Shown piece after piece: positions 24,607-38,455 of a stretch of 64,000 nt of DNA (positions are counted from its first letter, which is position 1; each line of letters begins with the position of its first letter). The notes beneath the pieces are model-generated. The model made no database searches and was not told the origin of the DNA. It saw nothing but the letters and a program-made list of their open reading frames with translations. The position numbers and the translations under genes were made by a program. Source of the DNA: Carcharhinus amblyrhynchos (Eukaryota); the NCBI GenBank assembly GCA_965287045.1, contig CBDIYR020000020.1, positions 1,240,001 through 1,304,000 on the forward strand, read 5' to 3'.

Positions 24607-25129
24607 TTGGAGTACTGTGTGCAGTTCTGGTCCCCACATTACAGGAAGGATGTGGAGGCTTTGGAGAGGGTGCAGAGGAGGTTTACCAGGATGTTGCCTG
24701 GTATGGAGGGGAGGTCCTATGAGGAGAGGCTGAGGGATTTGGGGTTGTTTTCGCTGGAAAGAAGGCGGCTAAGAGGGGATCTTATTGAAACATATAAGAT
24801 GATTAGAGGTTTACATAGGGTGGATAGTGATAGCCTTTTTCCTCTGATGGAGAAATCTAGCACGAGGGAGCATGGCTTTAAATTAAGGGGGGGTAGTTAT
24901 AGGACGGATGTCAGGGGTGGGTTCTTTACCCAGAGGGTGGTGAGGGATTGGAATGCCCTGCCTGCTGCAGTTGTAAATGCGCCTAGTTTGGGGGCGTTTA
25001 AGAGATCCATGGATAGGTTTATGGACGAGAAGGGATTTGTTTAGGTTAGTGGGTCATTGTTTTTTAACTGGTCGGCGCAACATCGTGGGCCGATGGGCCT
25101 GTTCTGCGCTGTAATGTTCTATGTTCTAT
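24607..25129 (+). mobile_element. Young 5'-truncated CR1/HER1-like LINE insertion (RT C-terminus open for 145 codons)
   Basis: ORF 24607-25044 LEYCVQFWSPHYRKDVEALERVQRRFTRMLPG...LFSLERRRLRGDLIETYK...FFTQRVV..WNALP; tail tgggcctgttctgcgctgtaatgttctatgttctat; possible taaac target duplication (24602-24606 and 25130-25134). Confidence 0.9.
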
Positions 25130-26394
25130 TAAACCTTCTTTGACACTTTTTCTTTTACAATCTTTTTGTATGAAACCCCCTATTGATTCACATCCTGTCA
25201 AGAAAATGTAATCTGTCTTGGGGTTTTATTTCTTCCCTATAATAATTGGTGGAATTGCAGTACCAGAAAAACAAAAATAAACCTAAACCTGAGACTGAAA
25301 CAAAGATAAACCTAAAAACTTAACTGTAGAGTTTCCTTTGTGCGATTCTCAATATTTATATGACAGAACTAAATTTTCTCCATTGTAATGTTTCTCCTTA
25401 CTTATTTGCTGGGATACAGACTGGGAGTGAGAGCCCACAAAGATAATCTTGCTTCACAGTGCTGGATAGTGAGCAAAACCAGAAATCTGCTCTGAGTAGC
25501 TCAGTACTACTTCCACCTCTTACCAACTGAATCTTTAAGAGAGATTTGAACTTGGAATCTAAATTTCAACTCAGCTGAGGATCTTTTGCAAGAATGTCTA
25601 AAGTAGTTTTAAAAAATACAATACATATACAAGAATTCCAAATCTACTCGATGCAAAAATGATTTTATTGCAACTTCCAACTAAATCAAACAAGTTTGGT
25701 CATGTCCAGTGGAGAAAATCACTTTCTTGTGTCCTGACACTGGTCTTTGAAATTCAAACAGTTTGTTCCACTTTGAAATCAAACCCTCATATTCTATTTT
25801 CACTCATGGGTAGAACAGTCGTATGCATGGAGGTCTTCACATTATCATTGGCGTGCTTCAGCATGTCTTTCCTGAGAAGAACCCAGAACTTCACCTGCAG
25901 CATATTGTTTCCTGACTTTTCAGCAGTATTTGTATAGACATGCAGATTAATGGAATGAAATGACAGCATCTGAAAGGCTATAAATTGCAAATGGCTTTTA
26001 AACACAGCCTGCCATTTGGAGACCTGGTTATGTAAACTCCCCACACAGGAGAGCTGCAAGCAAAGTAATGCCATTGTGCTGAGTTAGCTGATCTGAACAG
26101 GAGCACCAGTACACTATGCTAGACTTAACCTTGGTACCTGGGCTGTAAATGGGATCCTTGATCCTGACCACAGCTCAATGACCCTGCTGGAAAGTACACA
26201 TGAATGTTGAGGACAGGTTTGGGATTGGCTGCAAGCAAGTTCCCCCACCCTCCCTAATCTTTGTTTTAAACTGGAAGTCAACACATTCAAAGAAAGAAGG
26301 CAGGATCCCTGATGAAACCAGTGCCAGCCATGGCTGAGGTGATAGTGCTCATCAAGAAAACCATGGATTCCAGTCTCACTCCAGAGATTTGATA

Positions 26395-26745
26395 ACAAAA
26401 ATCTAGGCTGATAATTCAGTGCAGTAAGGGAGTACTGCATTGTTGGAGGTGCAATACTTTGGATGAAATATTAAACCAAGAAACAATCTATTTTCTCAGA
26501 TAATTATAAAATATTCCATTGCTCTATTTTGAAGAAGATTAGAGGAGTTACTCCTAGCGTCCTGGCCAATAATTATTCCTCAATCAACAGCTCTAAACAA
26601 AATAATCAGATTAACTGGTCATGATCACATTGTTGTTAGTGGGAACTATCTACACATATTACAACAGTGACTACACTTCAACAATACTCCATTGGCTGTA
26701 AAGTGCTTTGAGTCATCATGTGGTTGTGAAAATCACAATAAAAAG
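26395..26745 (+). mobile_element. Deu-domain SINE body, decayed
   Basis: aaaatctaggctgataattcagtgcagtaagggagtactgcattgttggagg...gtcctggccaataattattcctcaatcaac...acaacagtgactacacttcaa...attggctgtaaagtgctttg. Confidence 0.7.
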
Positions 26746-27490
26746 TCTTCCTTTTTTTCAATTCCAATCTGTCAACAGAGGAGGCTGATGTGGAATTCTA
26801 GAGATGTGGTGGGTTGAAGAAGCAGTAACTCAGTGGGTGTAGAAAATAAAACCAATTAATGTTCGCGCAAGACTTAATTTTCAGAATAATAAACTGCTGC
26901 ATATGTTGATGCAATTGCTTCACATTTTAATTGCACAACTGGACCTACAGGTGAGGTACTAATCCCAGACCCCATCTGTCTGTGAAATTCCAGCACACGA
27001 TTAAAGGAGAACAGGGAGCTCGTCCTTCAACTTACGTTACCATTCATCTCTTTTTGGTTTGTGGGATGTTGCTGGCACATTTACCAAACCGTAATTCATG
27101 ATATGAAGTTTTGAGATGTTTCAATTACCTGAAGAATTGAAGTCAACAACATTAAACAGGCTGGCTCTTGATACTTTCCCAATTTTATGCAGACAAAGAC
27201 ATTGTGCACAGCTACATACATTCCATAGGCCTTTCGCTCATTATTTACAGTAATTCTGGACCTTATTGATTGGACTTGTCCACTTTTCCCCACTATGCCA
27301 ATCAAGATAGTGTTGTTATACCAGACCCAAATTTCAACACAGCTGGACTATGTCAATGGTTACAAATTATCTGCCATATCTAAACCTGTCATAATCCTAT
27401 ACACCTCTAAAAATAAATCTCCTCTCAATCTCCTGTGCTCCAACAAGAGCAACACTGCTTTTTCAATTTAACCTTATAACTAAATTCTTT

Positions 27491-28188
27491 GGGCAGAATC
27501 TGTGCCCTACCATCCCCTCCTCCTCCCATGGTGAGTTTGGTGCTGGGGAGCATTTAATCAGGCGGGAGGAAGTTGGTTGGGGATTTGGTCATCTTTTCAC
27601 AATTATGTTTGTGACAGGAAGGCCCATGGATGGCCTTCACTCTTATTGAGGCCCTTAAATGACAATTATTGCAAGCAACAGGCTGATAAGGACCACAACA
27701 AACATCCCCTCCCAGGGATGGAGAGGGAGTGACTCATTTGAAGGCACCCAATGTCTGATCAAGGGGCCCAGCATTGTGGGGGCTGAGGAGAGGGGTGGTG
27801 GTGTTGGGGATGGTTGTTGAGAAACATCCCGCTGAGCATGCTGCCAACATCCCTCCCATTATCACTTACGTCTGGGCTGTGTCCCAACAATGATTCTAGG
27901 CCTCAGGTCAGTGTGTGTGTGTGTGTGTGTCATACAGGCAGCAGCCTATGCTTCTCTGGTGGTGCTGTCATCCAATAGTGCTGCTGGTCTCTGATTGGCT
28001 AGCAACTCTCAGCATGTGGGACCTCTGCCCCTGAATGTCCCTGATCCCAGGGAAGACCTGCCACTGGCCTGTCATGTGCCTGAATGGAATATGATGCAGC
28101 AGGCTATCCTGAAGAGAGATGACGCAAGCATTTACCAGCTCTCCAGCTGGCTCCTGCAATCCTTGTCGCCTCTACAAAATTCCATCCC
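27491..28188. mobile_element. MITE-like element (same family as 4001-4705, opposite orientation) containing a (GT)n tract
   Basis: gggcagaatctgtgccc ... caaaattccatccc termini; homology to 4001-4705 visible by eye. Confidence 0.55.
27911..27929. repeat. (GT)n microsatellite
   Basis: gtgtgtgtgtgtgtgtgtg. Confidence 0.9.
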
Positions 28189-29094
28189 TCATCCATGAAA
28201 CCATTTTGATACATTGCTTCAGGATTCTGTCAAGGGCCTTCCTAAAGTGTAGTAAACAAAATACTCTATTGGAGCCTAACCAGACTGATATAAGCATTCA
28301 GCATAACTTTACTGCTTTTGTACTCAATATCGCTATTTCCCATATGTTTTGCTAACTACCCTTTCAATATGTCCTGTCACCTTTTAAGGATCTCTGCACG
28401 TGGAACCTCATCCCTGCACATTTTTAAAGAATAGTACCATTAAATCTCTCTCCATGGATGCTGTCAGATCTGCTGAGATTTGCTAGAATTTTCTGTTTTT
28501 GTGCGATTAAACCTTATATTGTTTCCCCCTATCCCTGCTGCTAAAATGTATCACCTCACACTTCTGCGCGTCAAATTCCACCTGCCACTTGTCTGCCCAT
28601 TCTATGTCATGTTGCAGTCAATTTTTATTATCCACAATGCCACACCTCAGAGTTTGATATCATCAGCAGATTTTTAAATTTTACTCTGCACTCCAATGTC
28701 TAAGTCATCTTATACAAGAAAAAAATGAGTGTTCCTAGCACTAAATCTTGGGGAACATCACTCAACCATCCTACAGTCTGAAGACAAACATTTAATATGA
28801 CTTCTCTATCCTGTTCCTTGCTGTTCCACTCAAACCAGGCAACTTATCCATTCTTAAACATAGCAAGACTTTCTTGTACATCTGCCTTCAATTTTCACCG
28901 CATCATTAGCATCTACCAAAATTTTAATTGGCATTCTCCTCCTTAATAAATGAGATATTTATGAATTATTCTAGTTTATTTGTGCCTTTAAGAATATATC
29001 ACTTTTTTGTCCCTAAATGGGCCATTCTCACCATTTACTACCAGCTTTCTATGTTGATAACAGCAATATCATTTGGGGTTTCCTCTTATGTTAC

Positions 29095-29700
29095 CATACA
29101 GTGAGGGACATATAAAACCACTCAGGAACACTAGCAGGTTAGCAAAATGGTCAGACAAGTAGCAAACACATAGATACGTACAAAGCACTACATTTCTGGA
29201 AGAATAGGAACATATACTTCATGGTTAAAACAAGAAATGAGTGTACGTGAATGAAAAGTTGAGAGGTTCAAATGCATAATTTTCTGAAAATACAGCTGGG
29301 TAAAGCAATCAAAATAGTCAATTGAATTTGGAGTTTTATAAACTGCAGCATAAACTATACATGTAAATGAATAATGTTGAATGTATGCAAAACATTGGTT
29401 AGGTCACAGCTAAGACTGTGCAGCTTGGACACCTCATTATACGAAAGAAGTTAAAGCCATAGAAAGTGTAAAACACACACTCATCAGAATAACGCCAGGT
29501 GGAATATTATACAACTGAGGAAACATGAGGCACAACTGCAGCAGAGCCAAGAACAGAATTACAGAAGGTCTTGAAATTCTTTTGAGTTTTTATAGAATGA
29601 ATTGGAAAAGACTATTTTCTTTGGTACTTAAAAATTGTTGTAAGCCAAATTTTAGAATGAGGTTCAGAGAAACTTCTTGACATAACGGATTGTTGCAAAA
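29095..29700 (+). mobile_element. Old CR1-like LINE RT fragment
   Basis: Decayed aaaacattggttaggtcacagctaagactgtgcagc...cctcattatacgaaag and tgaggttcagagaaacttctt blocks. Confidence 0.5.
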
Positions 29701-32700
29701 TCGTGGCTTTGGCATAGAAGATGTTGATCTAGCGGTAAATCTTCCTATCCTGCCCGCTACAGGAATCGTCGCAGGCAGGATGGACCATTTAATGCATTGT
29801 TAGAAAGTCTGTTGACCTGAGGTGGGAATTTCCAGTCCCCAAGCAGGCGTGACTGAAAAATCTTACCCCTAGAAACCATTTCATCTTTTATAGGAATGTT
29901 AAATATTTGAAGCAGATAGAGAGACAGGGTTATGGGGAAAGCAGAGCAGCGGGATTTGAATTGCTGAACAGACATGACAGAGTGAATTACCTCTTTCACA
30001 GCTGTAAACGTCTAGTGTTCTAGGGAATACACACAGAAACAGTAATGCTGCCACAAACAGAGCAAGAGACAGATGTAAACATGCAGAAATACAGGCATAT
30101 CTGCGACATGAATTTATAGCATCTTTAGGATAGTTCAAAAGATAGTTAAAACACAGGCTCCTGAAAGTATGGCTGAAGAGTTAAGTTGTAAGAAACTGAC
30201 TGAATACGGGAGAAAATGCAGTACAGTGGAAAAAAGTTTGAGAATTCTACAGCATCAGGCAATAATAGCCAAAGGCTCTGCCACAGCTTTGGGGAACATA
30301 AAATATTCCATAAATTGACAGCATAAGGTATGACTAAGTAAGGAATGACTAAATTATCTATGATTGCTAAGTAAATCAGTCAGCAAACAAGCTAACCTTT
30401 CTCATTATTGACAAGATCACCATTTTTATTCTAACAGCATCACCTTTTAATGTGTATTAATGGCAAGTCCTATTCACTGTCTTATCTTCACATGAAACAT
30501 GCATGACTGTAATCACCAGCCACATTTATTATTACAGATATAACTGCCTTTAACATTAAGGCAAGTCTCTACAGCAGTGTGCCAAGAGGCTGCTGTATTT
30601 GGAGAAGGCAATCTTCTTAGTGAGAGCTTGTTTTCAGTTTATCGGGTGCAGCTGGCAAGTGACAAAAATGGGAATCCCCTCTTTGTGTTCGAAGCGTCTC
30701 ATTATCTTTGTGGCTTTGATAAACAATCCATTGACACTACCTGTCAGGAAGACCTGGTAATTTTAATGTATTGTAGCAAACACACTTCTAGATTGTTGAG
30801 ACTCTTAAAAGACTTAATTCCTCCAACACCTGGATATCCTTGAGGCTCTAAAGATTGAAACTGCAGACCCCCCAGACTAATTCTGTTAGGGCTCTTCTTG
30901 TTCCTTGAAAGGTCTCAACATATTTTTACTCTGATCTAGTCTCAGAAAGCATTGGCTTCTCGTTTTGGGAAAGTTAGGACTTGCTGTAATTTTCAAAAAA
31001 GAAACAACTGTGTTTTACCAGGTCCTGACTTGCACGCACATTGAGTAAGATGAAGTGTGCCTGTCTCATTTGGAACATGTACAGGCTCCTTACATGTGGC
31101 TGCATTCCATCAGCAAAACCATAGGCAACTAACAGACCACCTCAGTCTTTCAGGTTTCTGATGATCTGAAACTTCTTGGCTATGGGAAGACCCAGAGATT
31201 TTAATCTGGCTTTGGACCAAATTTCATAGTTTACGTTTGTATGAATATCTATCTTTCTTTTTCCTCTATCTTAGCAATTCATCACTTTATCTTCTGGTCT
31301 TTCTATTAGTGCCACTGTTTTGTTTTGTTCTTGCTGTTGTTCATCCACAACTTTGAAGCATTATGTGATGATTTGTTATGTTAAAATGCTACAAAAGCAA
31401 GCTGTGCACTATTCTCTTTTTTTAAATTTCTCATCATTCTCTCTAAATATACCACACAGTGATATACAAATGCACATAACAGTTGCAATTTTAAGTGTGC
31501 TTATGCCATATTACTCTAAGAAAATAGTTGAAGAACTATAGGTAAGAGGAGAAAGAGCAGAGAGTGAGGCAGTGTGCCAGTCATTGAACATTGGATACCT
31601 CATCCTCTACCTGGGCAATGGATAGCCAAGTATATATGATTAAACTAAAAAGGAAGGAAAATAGTTCAAGCAAAATAGGGATCATTAACAAAGAAGTGCT
31701 ATCTCTTTCTTTCAGAGCTTTGTGAAAGACCAGAAGATGCCAGGCATTTGTTTTCATCACTATGAAGCAACATGCTAATGTACAATAATTTTTGTCATGT
31801 GTGTTTGCAACCAAATATAGCAATGTTTTCCAAACACTTCATTTTTGCAAAAGCAGTGCTCCCTTTAAATGTTATTAAGTGTCTAAAGAATGTATTTTCT
31901 CCAAGAACTCAGACTTCAACAGTTGCAGCTTTATCAGTGGCAGCTTAGTGTGGTCTTCAAATCTCTAATTTTCTTTAGTTTGCATTGGAGGAACCTAATA
32001 TGTTCCTACTCGAATTCTGAAAGTCAAAAGAAAATCTCTGGCTGAGCTCAACTAATTTGGCAGTGCTGAAGGAGATATCTGTGTATACCTCTGTGGTTGC
32101 TGCACACCAGTGCATCACTCAGGTAACACATGCCCCCTTCACCAAGGTTGGACAACACATCTGATTCACAATCAATGGGGCATCATAGGCTCTATAAGAG
32201 GGTGCTGGGTCTTGTGCCTGAACTGCTCACTGGAATAGTCCCCCTGCAAGGGTCTTGGTCATTGTAGAGATCTATTACACTCTCCAAACATGATTCTGCC
32301 GAGAGCTGTGGACCTTGAGGATGGTAAGGCCCTGGAAGAGGACAGCTCATTGTGAGATGCAAAAGCAAGGAGTAAGAGAGTGGGAGGAGTTGAAGGCAAA
32401 TCACAATGAACAGGGAGGTGTTCCTACTGCAGGATGAGGTGGTCTCTTCCTTCAAGGGAGGGGGACCTCACTCCTGTTACTCATTGTTTCCAGCTCTATT
32501 TGCTTTATCTTGATGCCTTGCTTTCTTGTGATGCAGTGGAAAATTTTGGCACACATTCTCTCTTTTAGGGCAACCAACAACCTCAATGATGGCTGCCATG
32601 GCTGTCTGAATGATCCACACTGCTCTCATCAGCTTTAATCTCCATAAATCTCAATTTCCCCATGGAAGTGGCATTCTGACACTAACAGATCTGGCTCCCT

Positions 32701-32924
32701 GTTTTCCACATTTGTGGTAAAAATCCAGCCCTACGGTTCCAAAACATACCAAAAACTGGGGAATTGCTGAATTTTAGGAAATTCCTTTAACTAAAGTATT
32801 ATAAGAATATGGAACTTGCTACTGCAAGCGACAGTTTAGATGAATAACTTGGATGAATTTAAAGAAAAGCTAAATAGGCAAATGAGGGAGCAAGGAATAA
32901 AGTATGCTGGCAGGATGAGATGAG

Positions 32925-33197
32925 AAGTTAAAGTTTATTTATTCGTCACAAGTAAGGCTTACATTAATGCTGCAATGAAGTTACTGCAAAATTCCCCTAG
33001 TCACCACACTCTGGCACCTGTTCAGGTCAATGCACCTAACCAGCACATCTTTCAGACTGTGGGAGGAAACTGGAGCACTTAGAGGAAGCCCATGCAGACA
33101 TGGGGAGAACGTGCAAACTCCACACAAACAGTGTGGGAATCGAACCTGGGTCCCTGGCACTATGAGGCAGCAGTGCTAACCACTGTGCCACCATGCC
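32925..33197 (-). mobile_element. V-SINE (alternative-tail subfamily)
   Basis: Reverse head gcagcagtgctaaccactgtgccaccatgcc, B box gaatcgaacctgggtccctggc, V-domain, tail gtcacaagtaaggcttacattaatgctgcaatgaagttactg. Confidence 0.85.
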
Positions 33198-34737
33198 GGC
33201 CACCAAGAGGAGTGGAAGGAAACTTGTCTGGTCCATATACACTGGCACACAACATTTGGGCTGAATTTCCTCTTTCTGCAGAATTCAATGTAAAACAACA
33301 AAAAATACAAAGTTACTTAAGGCTGTGTTCTAGTGTCTGTATGGGTTTCTGGGAATTGGCAAGATTTGAGTATTTGACTAGCTTTATGAATACAGTCCAG
33401 CACAGCAAGAATCACCTTGCATGTCTGCACTGATATTCACTCCAGTGTGCCTCCACCCTGAAGAGGTAAATATTGAGGAATTCACTCCTTCCTCTTGTGG
33501 TTGCTTTTCCCACGCACTTCATGTTAAAGCTGAGCTTAATGAGAATGTTGCAAGACTGGAATTCTTGGATGTAATCAGGAGGGAGAGATTTGAAGCTGCA
33601 GACTAGCAAAAACGTTTCTAAATTAAGTAAATTCTTCATACTTGTGAATTGCCAAATTTAAGTTAATTATTTTCAGCTATACTTGGCCTTTGTCTTGGTG
33701 GCAGCAAGACATAGCGACGCCCATGCATCAGCTCGGACTGGAATGGGCAGACTGAAATCCACCACCTTGCTTGCTCCAAAAACCAAGTTCAAACTGAACC
33801 CAATTCATGGTTCCCACAAGAGAGACATACAAGATCCAAGTTAACAAGATAAGGCATCAACACCACACCTTGGATTTGATCTGATGTTTGAGCTCAGCTA
33901 AAAGGAGAAGAAACATAGCTATGCTAAGTGGATCACGGTTCCACCCTTGGGAGATCAATCTTGCCGATCAATGACTCTCCCTGCCAGGTAACTGTGGTAA
34001 AGAGCCAACTTAGACAATTAAAAGTCCAATTAAGGTCAATTTTCCTGGCTTAACGGCATTATTCTGGGGGAGGAGGAATAAGTGGAGCGTGTCAGCTGCT
34101 CCTTCCCATTACAGGGAGGGCCTTTGGAGCCAGACACTTCATGGTTTCCCATCTAATTCTTGGCTCTTCCTGCCTGCTCACTCTGGCAAGACAACCAAAG
34201 CTTTGCCTCCTCAGCAACCATCTCGCTTGATGATGGTGCAGAGCTGCCAACATTGTCCATTTGCCAATCCTCGCATTGCCTTGTCCTGACAATGTCTGTC
34301 CCAGGAGAAGTCTAGCCTCCCACCCGAGTGTGCAGGTCACATTAAAAACTGCCCAACTCCCCTTTGTGCGTCTTGAGTGCTGCACAAATGCTGTCTTCTA
34401 ACTCTACCAGTTTTCCAACAGGCTCACAGTTAATGAACAGCACATTAACAGAAAAAGTAGGACTCTACTTGAGTACCAGTGGCAGCAGCAAAATATCATC
34501 TGATTGATTCTTGAGACTGAACTCATCGCCACAATGCAAGCCTGTGATTTTGATTATCATCTTTCATCAAATCCAAGGGTGGACAGGGGAAGAACTAGGA
34601 TAAGGGGTAACGGGAGGGAGAGTGGAAGGATGGACTTGGTTAATTGCTGTGCTGATAAGAACCTTATGAAAAACTTTGATAAATAAATCGGTGGGGGAGG
34701 TCAGGGTTGGGTGGTGGAAGTAGGGGAGCACAATCAT

Positions 34738-36838
34738 ATCTTTGGCAAATCAGACCACAAGGCTGTGCTCCTGCTCCAGGCTTACAAGCAAAACCTGAAA
34801 CAGAAGAATCCATCAAAGGAAATTGTGCAATGTTGGTCTGAGAAATCAGATAACCTCCTCCTGCTTAGCGTCAGTAGATTGGTCAGTATTTAAAAACTCT
34901 GCGACCAGCCTGAATGAGTATGCAACTACAGTAACTGACTTCATTATTAAGTGTGTAGAAGACTCTGTGCCAAAGAAGCAAATCTGCATGTTTCCCAACC
35001 AGAAACCATGGATGAGCAGGGATAGTCATGCTTGCTGAAGACTAGATCTGAGGCGTTCAAGTCAAGTGACCCAGGCCTATACAAAAAAGTGAGATATAAT
35101 CTAAAGAGACCCATCAAAGATGCCAAGAGACAGTACCCGAGCTGGAGCCCCGTGCTAGTCACATGGACCCCCGCCAACTATGGCAAGGTCTGCAAGACAT
35201 AACAGGCTACAAGATGAAGGCACGTAAAATCACTGGTATCAACGTACCCTTCCCTGATGAGCTCAATGCATTCTATGCCCATTTTGAACAAATAGTCAGC
35301 GAGAACACACCCTCCACCTGGAAGCCTCGGATGAACCTGTATCCGAGGTCACTACTGCAGATGTCAGAGCAGCCTTCTCAAAAGTCAACCCATGGATACC
35401 CAGACAAGCACTCAGATCCTGTGCAGACCAGTTGGCGAGGGTATTTGCAGACATCTTCAACCTCTCTTTACAACAATCTGAGGTTCCTATCTGCTTCAAG
35501 AAGACGACCATCTTCCTGATACCAAAAAAAGCTAAGCAGCGTGCTTAATGACTAATGGCTCTGACATCCATCATTATGAAGTACTTCTAAAGGTTAGTCA
35601 TGGCATGCATCAATTCCGGCCTCTCAGATTGCCTAGATCCATTATAGCTCACCTACCACCTCAACAGGCCCACTGCAGATGCCATTGTCTTGGCCCTGCA
35701 CTCAAACATGGAACACCTAGATAATAAAGACACCCATGACAGACTTCTATTTATCAACTACAGCTCAGCCTTCAACACCGAAACTTATCTCCAAATTCCA
35801 TGGCATGGAGCTCAGCTACTCCCTCTGCGGCTGGATCCTGAATTTCCTAACCAACAGAATGCAATCAGTAAGGGTAGGCAACAACACCTCCTCCACAATC
35901 ATCCTCAACATCGGTGCCCCACAAGGCTGTGTCTTCAGCCCCTTACTATACTCCTTATATATCTATGACTGTGTGGCCAAATTCCCCTCCAGCTTGATTT
36001 CAAGTTTGCTGATGACACCACCGTAGTGGGTCGGATCTTAAGCAATAACAAGACAGAGTACAGGAAAGAGACAGAGAATCTGCTGAACTGGTGCAACGAC
36101 AATAAACTCTTACACAGTGTCAACAAAAGGAGATAGTCATTGACTTTAAGAAGCCTAGTGGAGGACATGCCCCTGTTTACATCAATGGGGTGAAGTAGAA
36201 ATGGTCAAGAGCTTCACGTTTTTAGACGTCCAGGTCACCAACAACCTGTCCTCGTTGCTCCATGTTGAAATTATAGCTAAGAAAGCCCAATAATACCTCT
36301 ACTTTCTCAAAAGACTAAGGAAGTTTGACAGGTCCACTATGACTTTCATTAACTTTTACAGATGCACCATGGAAAACATTCTTTCTAGTTGTATCCAGCT
36401 TGGTATGGCTCCTGCTCTGTCCAAGACTGCAAGAAACTACAAAGGGTTGAGAACAAAGCCCAGTCCATCACTCAAACCAGCCTCTCACCCATTGACATTG
36501 TCTATACATCCCATTGCCTCAGAAAAGCAGCCAGCATAATTAAGGACCCCATGCATCCTGGACATACTCTCTTCCACCTTCTTCTGTCAGGAAAAAGATA
36601 AAAATTCTGAGGACATGTACCAACCGACTCAAGAATAGTTTCTTCCCTCTGCCATTAGACCTTTGAATGGACCTACCTCACATTAAGTTGATCTTTCTCT
36701 ATACCCAAACTATGACTGTAACACCACATTCTGCACTCTCTCCTTTCCTTCTCTATGGACGGTATGCTTTGTATAGCACACAAGAAACAATACTTTTCAC
36801 TGTATACTAATATGTGTGAAATAATAAATCAGATCAAG
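34738..36838 (+). mobile_element. Rex1/Babar-like non-LTR retrotransposon, 5'-truncated and frameshifted (about 2.1 kb)
   Basis: [60 protein letters not shown] (36002-36030), FYRCTMENILS, AASIIKDPMHPGH; tail ending aataataaatcagatcaa. Confidence 0.85.
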
Positions 36839-38116
36839 AAAACCAATTGTGCAACGATAGTAACAAGTTACATCGGTTGGGTGAAACTCCTCCATCTAAT
36901 TTTAAGGCATTCCCATGTTTGTTTCCATAACACAATTTCAACCTCGTAAAAGTGGAAAAGTTGCGTTTGTTGATAAATTACATTGAAGTTATAGCACAGA
37001 AAAAGGCCATCTGGCCCATCTGGATTATGCTAACATCAATCAACAGCCTGCTCTTCCTTACTTCATCTTGCCCTATCAACATATTGCATGGGATTCTCTG
37101 GCCATGCTCGCCTGAAAACCAGAGATTCCAGCCCAACTTCAATGGATCTTTACATGGTCCGCCCCTCGTTGGCTAGAATTCCAGTGGCGGGCGGGATGGG
37201 AGAATTCCGGCTGTTATTTTTATGCATTTCTTCATCTACTTATCTAGCTTCCCTTTAAATACATCTATGCTATGTGCCTCAACTACTCCATGCGGTGACA
37301 AGTTCAGACAAAGCATCAGGCTTCGATGTGAAAATTTTACAAGATTTCACTCTTGTTCAGTAAATCAGGAACTATGTGCACAGAGTATGCTGACCTCTGT
37401 GAAAACAGATTTTCGTGCATCAAGTTTGCATGTTAGAAATTTGTATGCAGCCAAGTCAAAATGCCAGAGTTCAGAGTTGGACCAATTGTGCCTCAGACTG
37501 TCAGGAAGCCAGCTATCCATTCACTTTCAGACAGGCCCATCACACTGTCTGCCTGCTTCCTGAACAGTTCTCAACACGTCTTTCTAACCTTCCGTGGGGG
37601 AGTGGAGGGTGGCAGAATCTCACACAGCTTGCGGGCATAAATTCTGCAGAGAATCCATGCTATAACATGGATAAATTCAAGATAAAAAGAAACTGAATGC
37701 CTGTGAGGTGCATATTATAGTATACAGTTACAAGTCACTACAACGTAAAACTTTTAAATACAGACTCTTTAAACATTTAATAAGCTGTGTAAGGATTATA
37801 TATCACTGAAATTGCTTTTTTTTCTCGCCGCTACTTAATTAAAACAAATATCCTGTGGGATCCAGAGTTAGTTAAATGCTTAAACTCTTACGTCACAAAC
37901 TTTCTTACTTGCCTGTTTGAATTGTCCAGTGGATACTGGACCCACCATTATTTTTTAAACATGTTAAGATTCCATCCACTGCATTAATATACATTACACG
38001 CTAAAGTTTTGAAGAGGCATTTCCCACAATTTTTTGGCTCAGACTTGAGAATGCAGTCGACTGAGCCAATTTGACAAATTCTAAGCAATGTATGCTGGAT
38101 TGAGAATGGACCAATT

Positions 38117-38455
38117 CACAGAATCCCTATAGTGCAGATGGAAGTCATTCGGCCCATTGAGACTGCAAAGACTCTCTGACAGAGCATTTTACCAAGGCCC
38201 TATACCTGTAACCTGAAGTATTTACCCCACTAAACTCCATAACCTCTTGGGATACTAAGGGGCAATTTAGCATGGTCAATCCATCTAACCTGCACATTTT
38301 TGGACTGTGGGACGAAACTGGGACACCCAGTGGAAACCCACACAGGCACAGGGAAAATGTGCAAACTCCACACAGACAGTCCCCAAGGTTGGAATCAAAC
38401 CTGGGTCCCTGGCACTGTGAGGCAGCAGTGCTAACCACTGTGTCATCGTGCCACC
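38117..38455 (-). mobile_element. HE1-like V-SINE
   Basis: Reverse of the full HE1 layout: acagaatccctatagtgcaga...actaaggggcaatttagcatggtcaatccatctaacctgcacatttttggactgtggg...gcagcagtgctaaccactgtg. Confidence 0.85.

Noticed and set aside
24607-25044. Stand-alone protein-coding genes in the longer ORFs (24607, 43949, 49852, 14690, 35163-36601)
   Set aside because: All are retrotransposon RT fragments or antisense translations of SINEs or LINEs.
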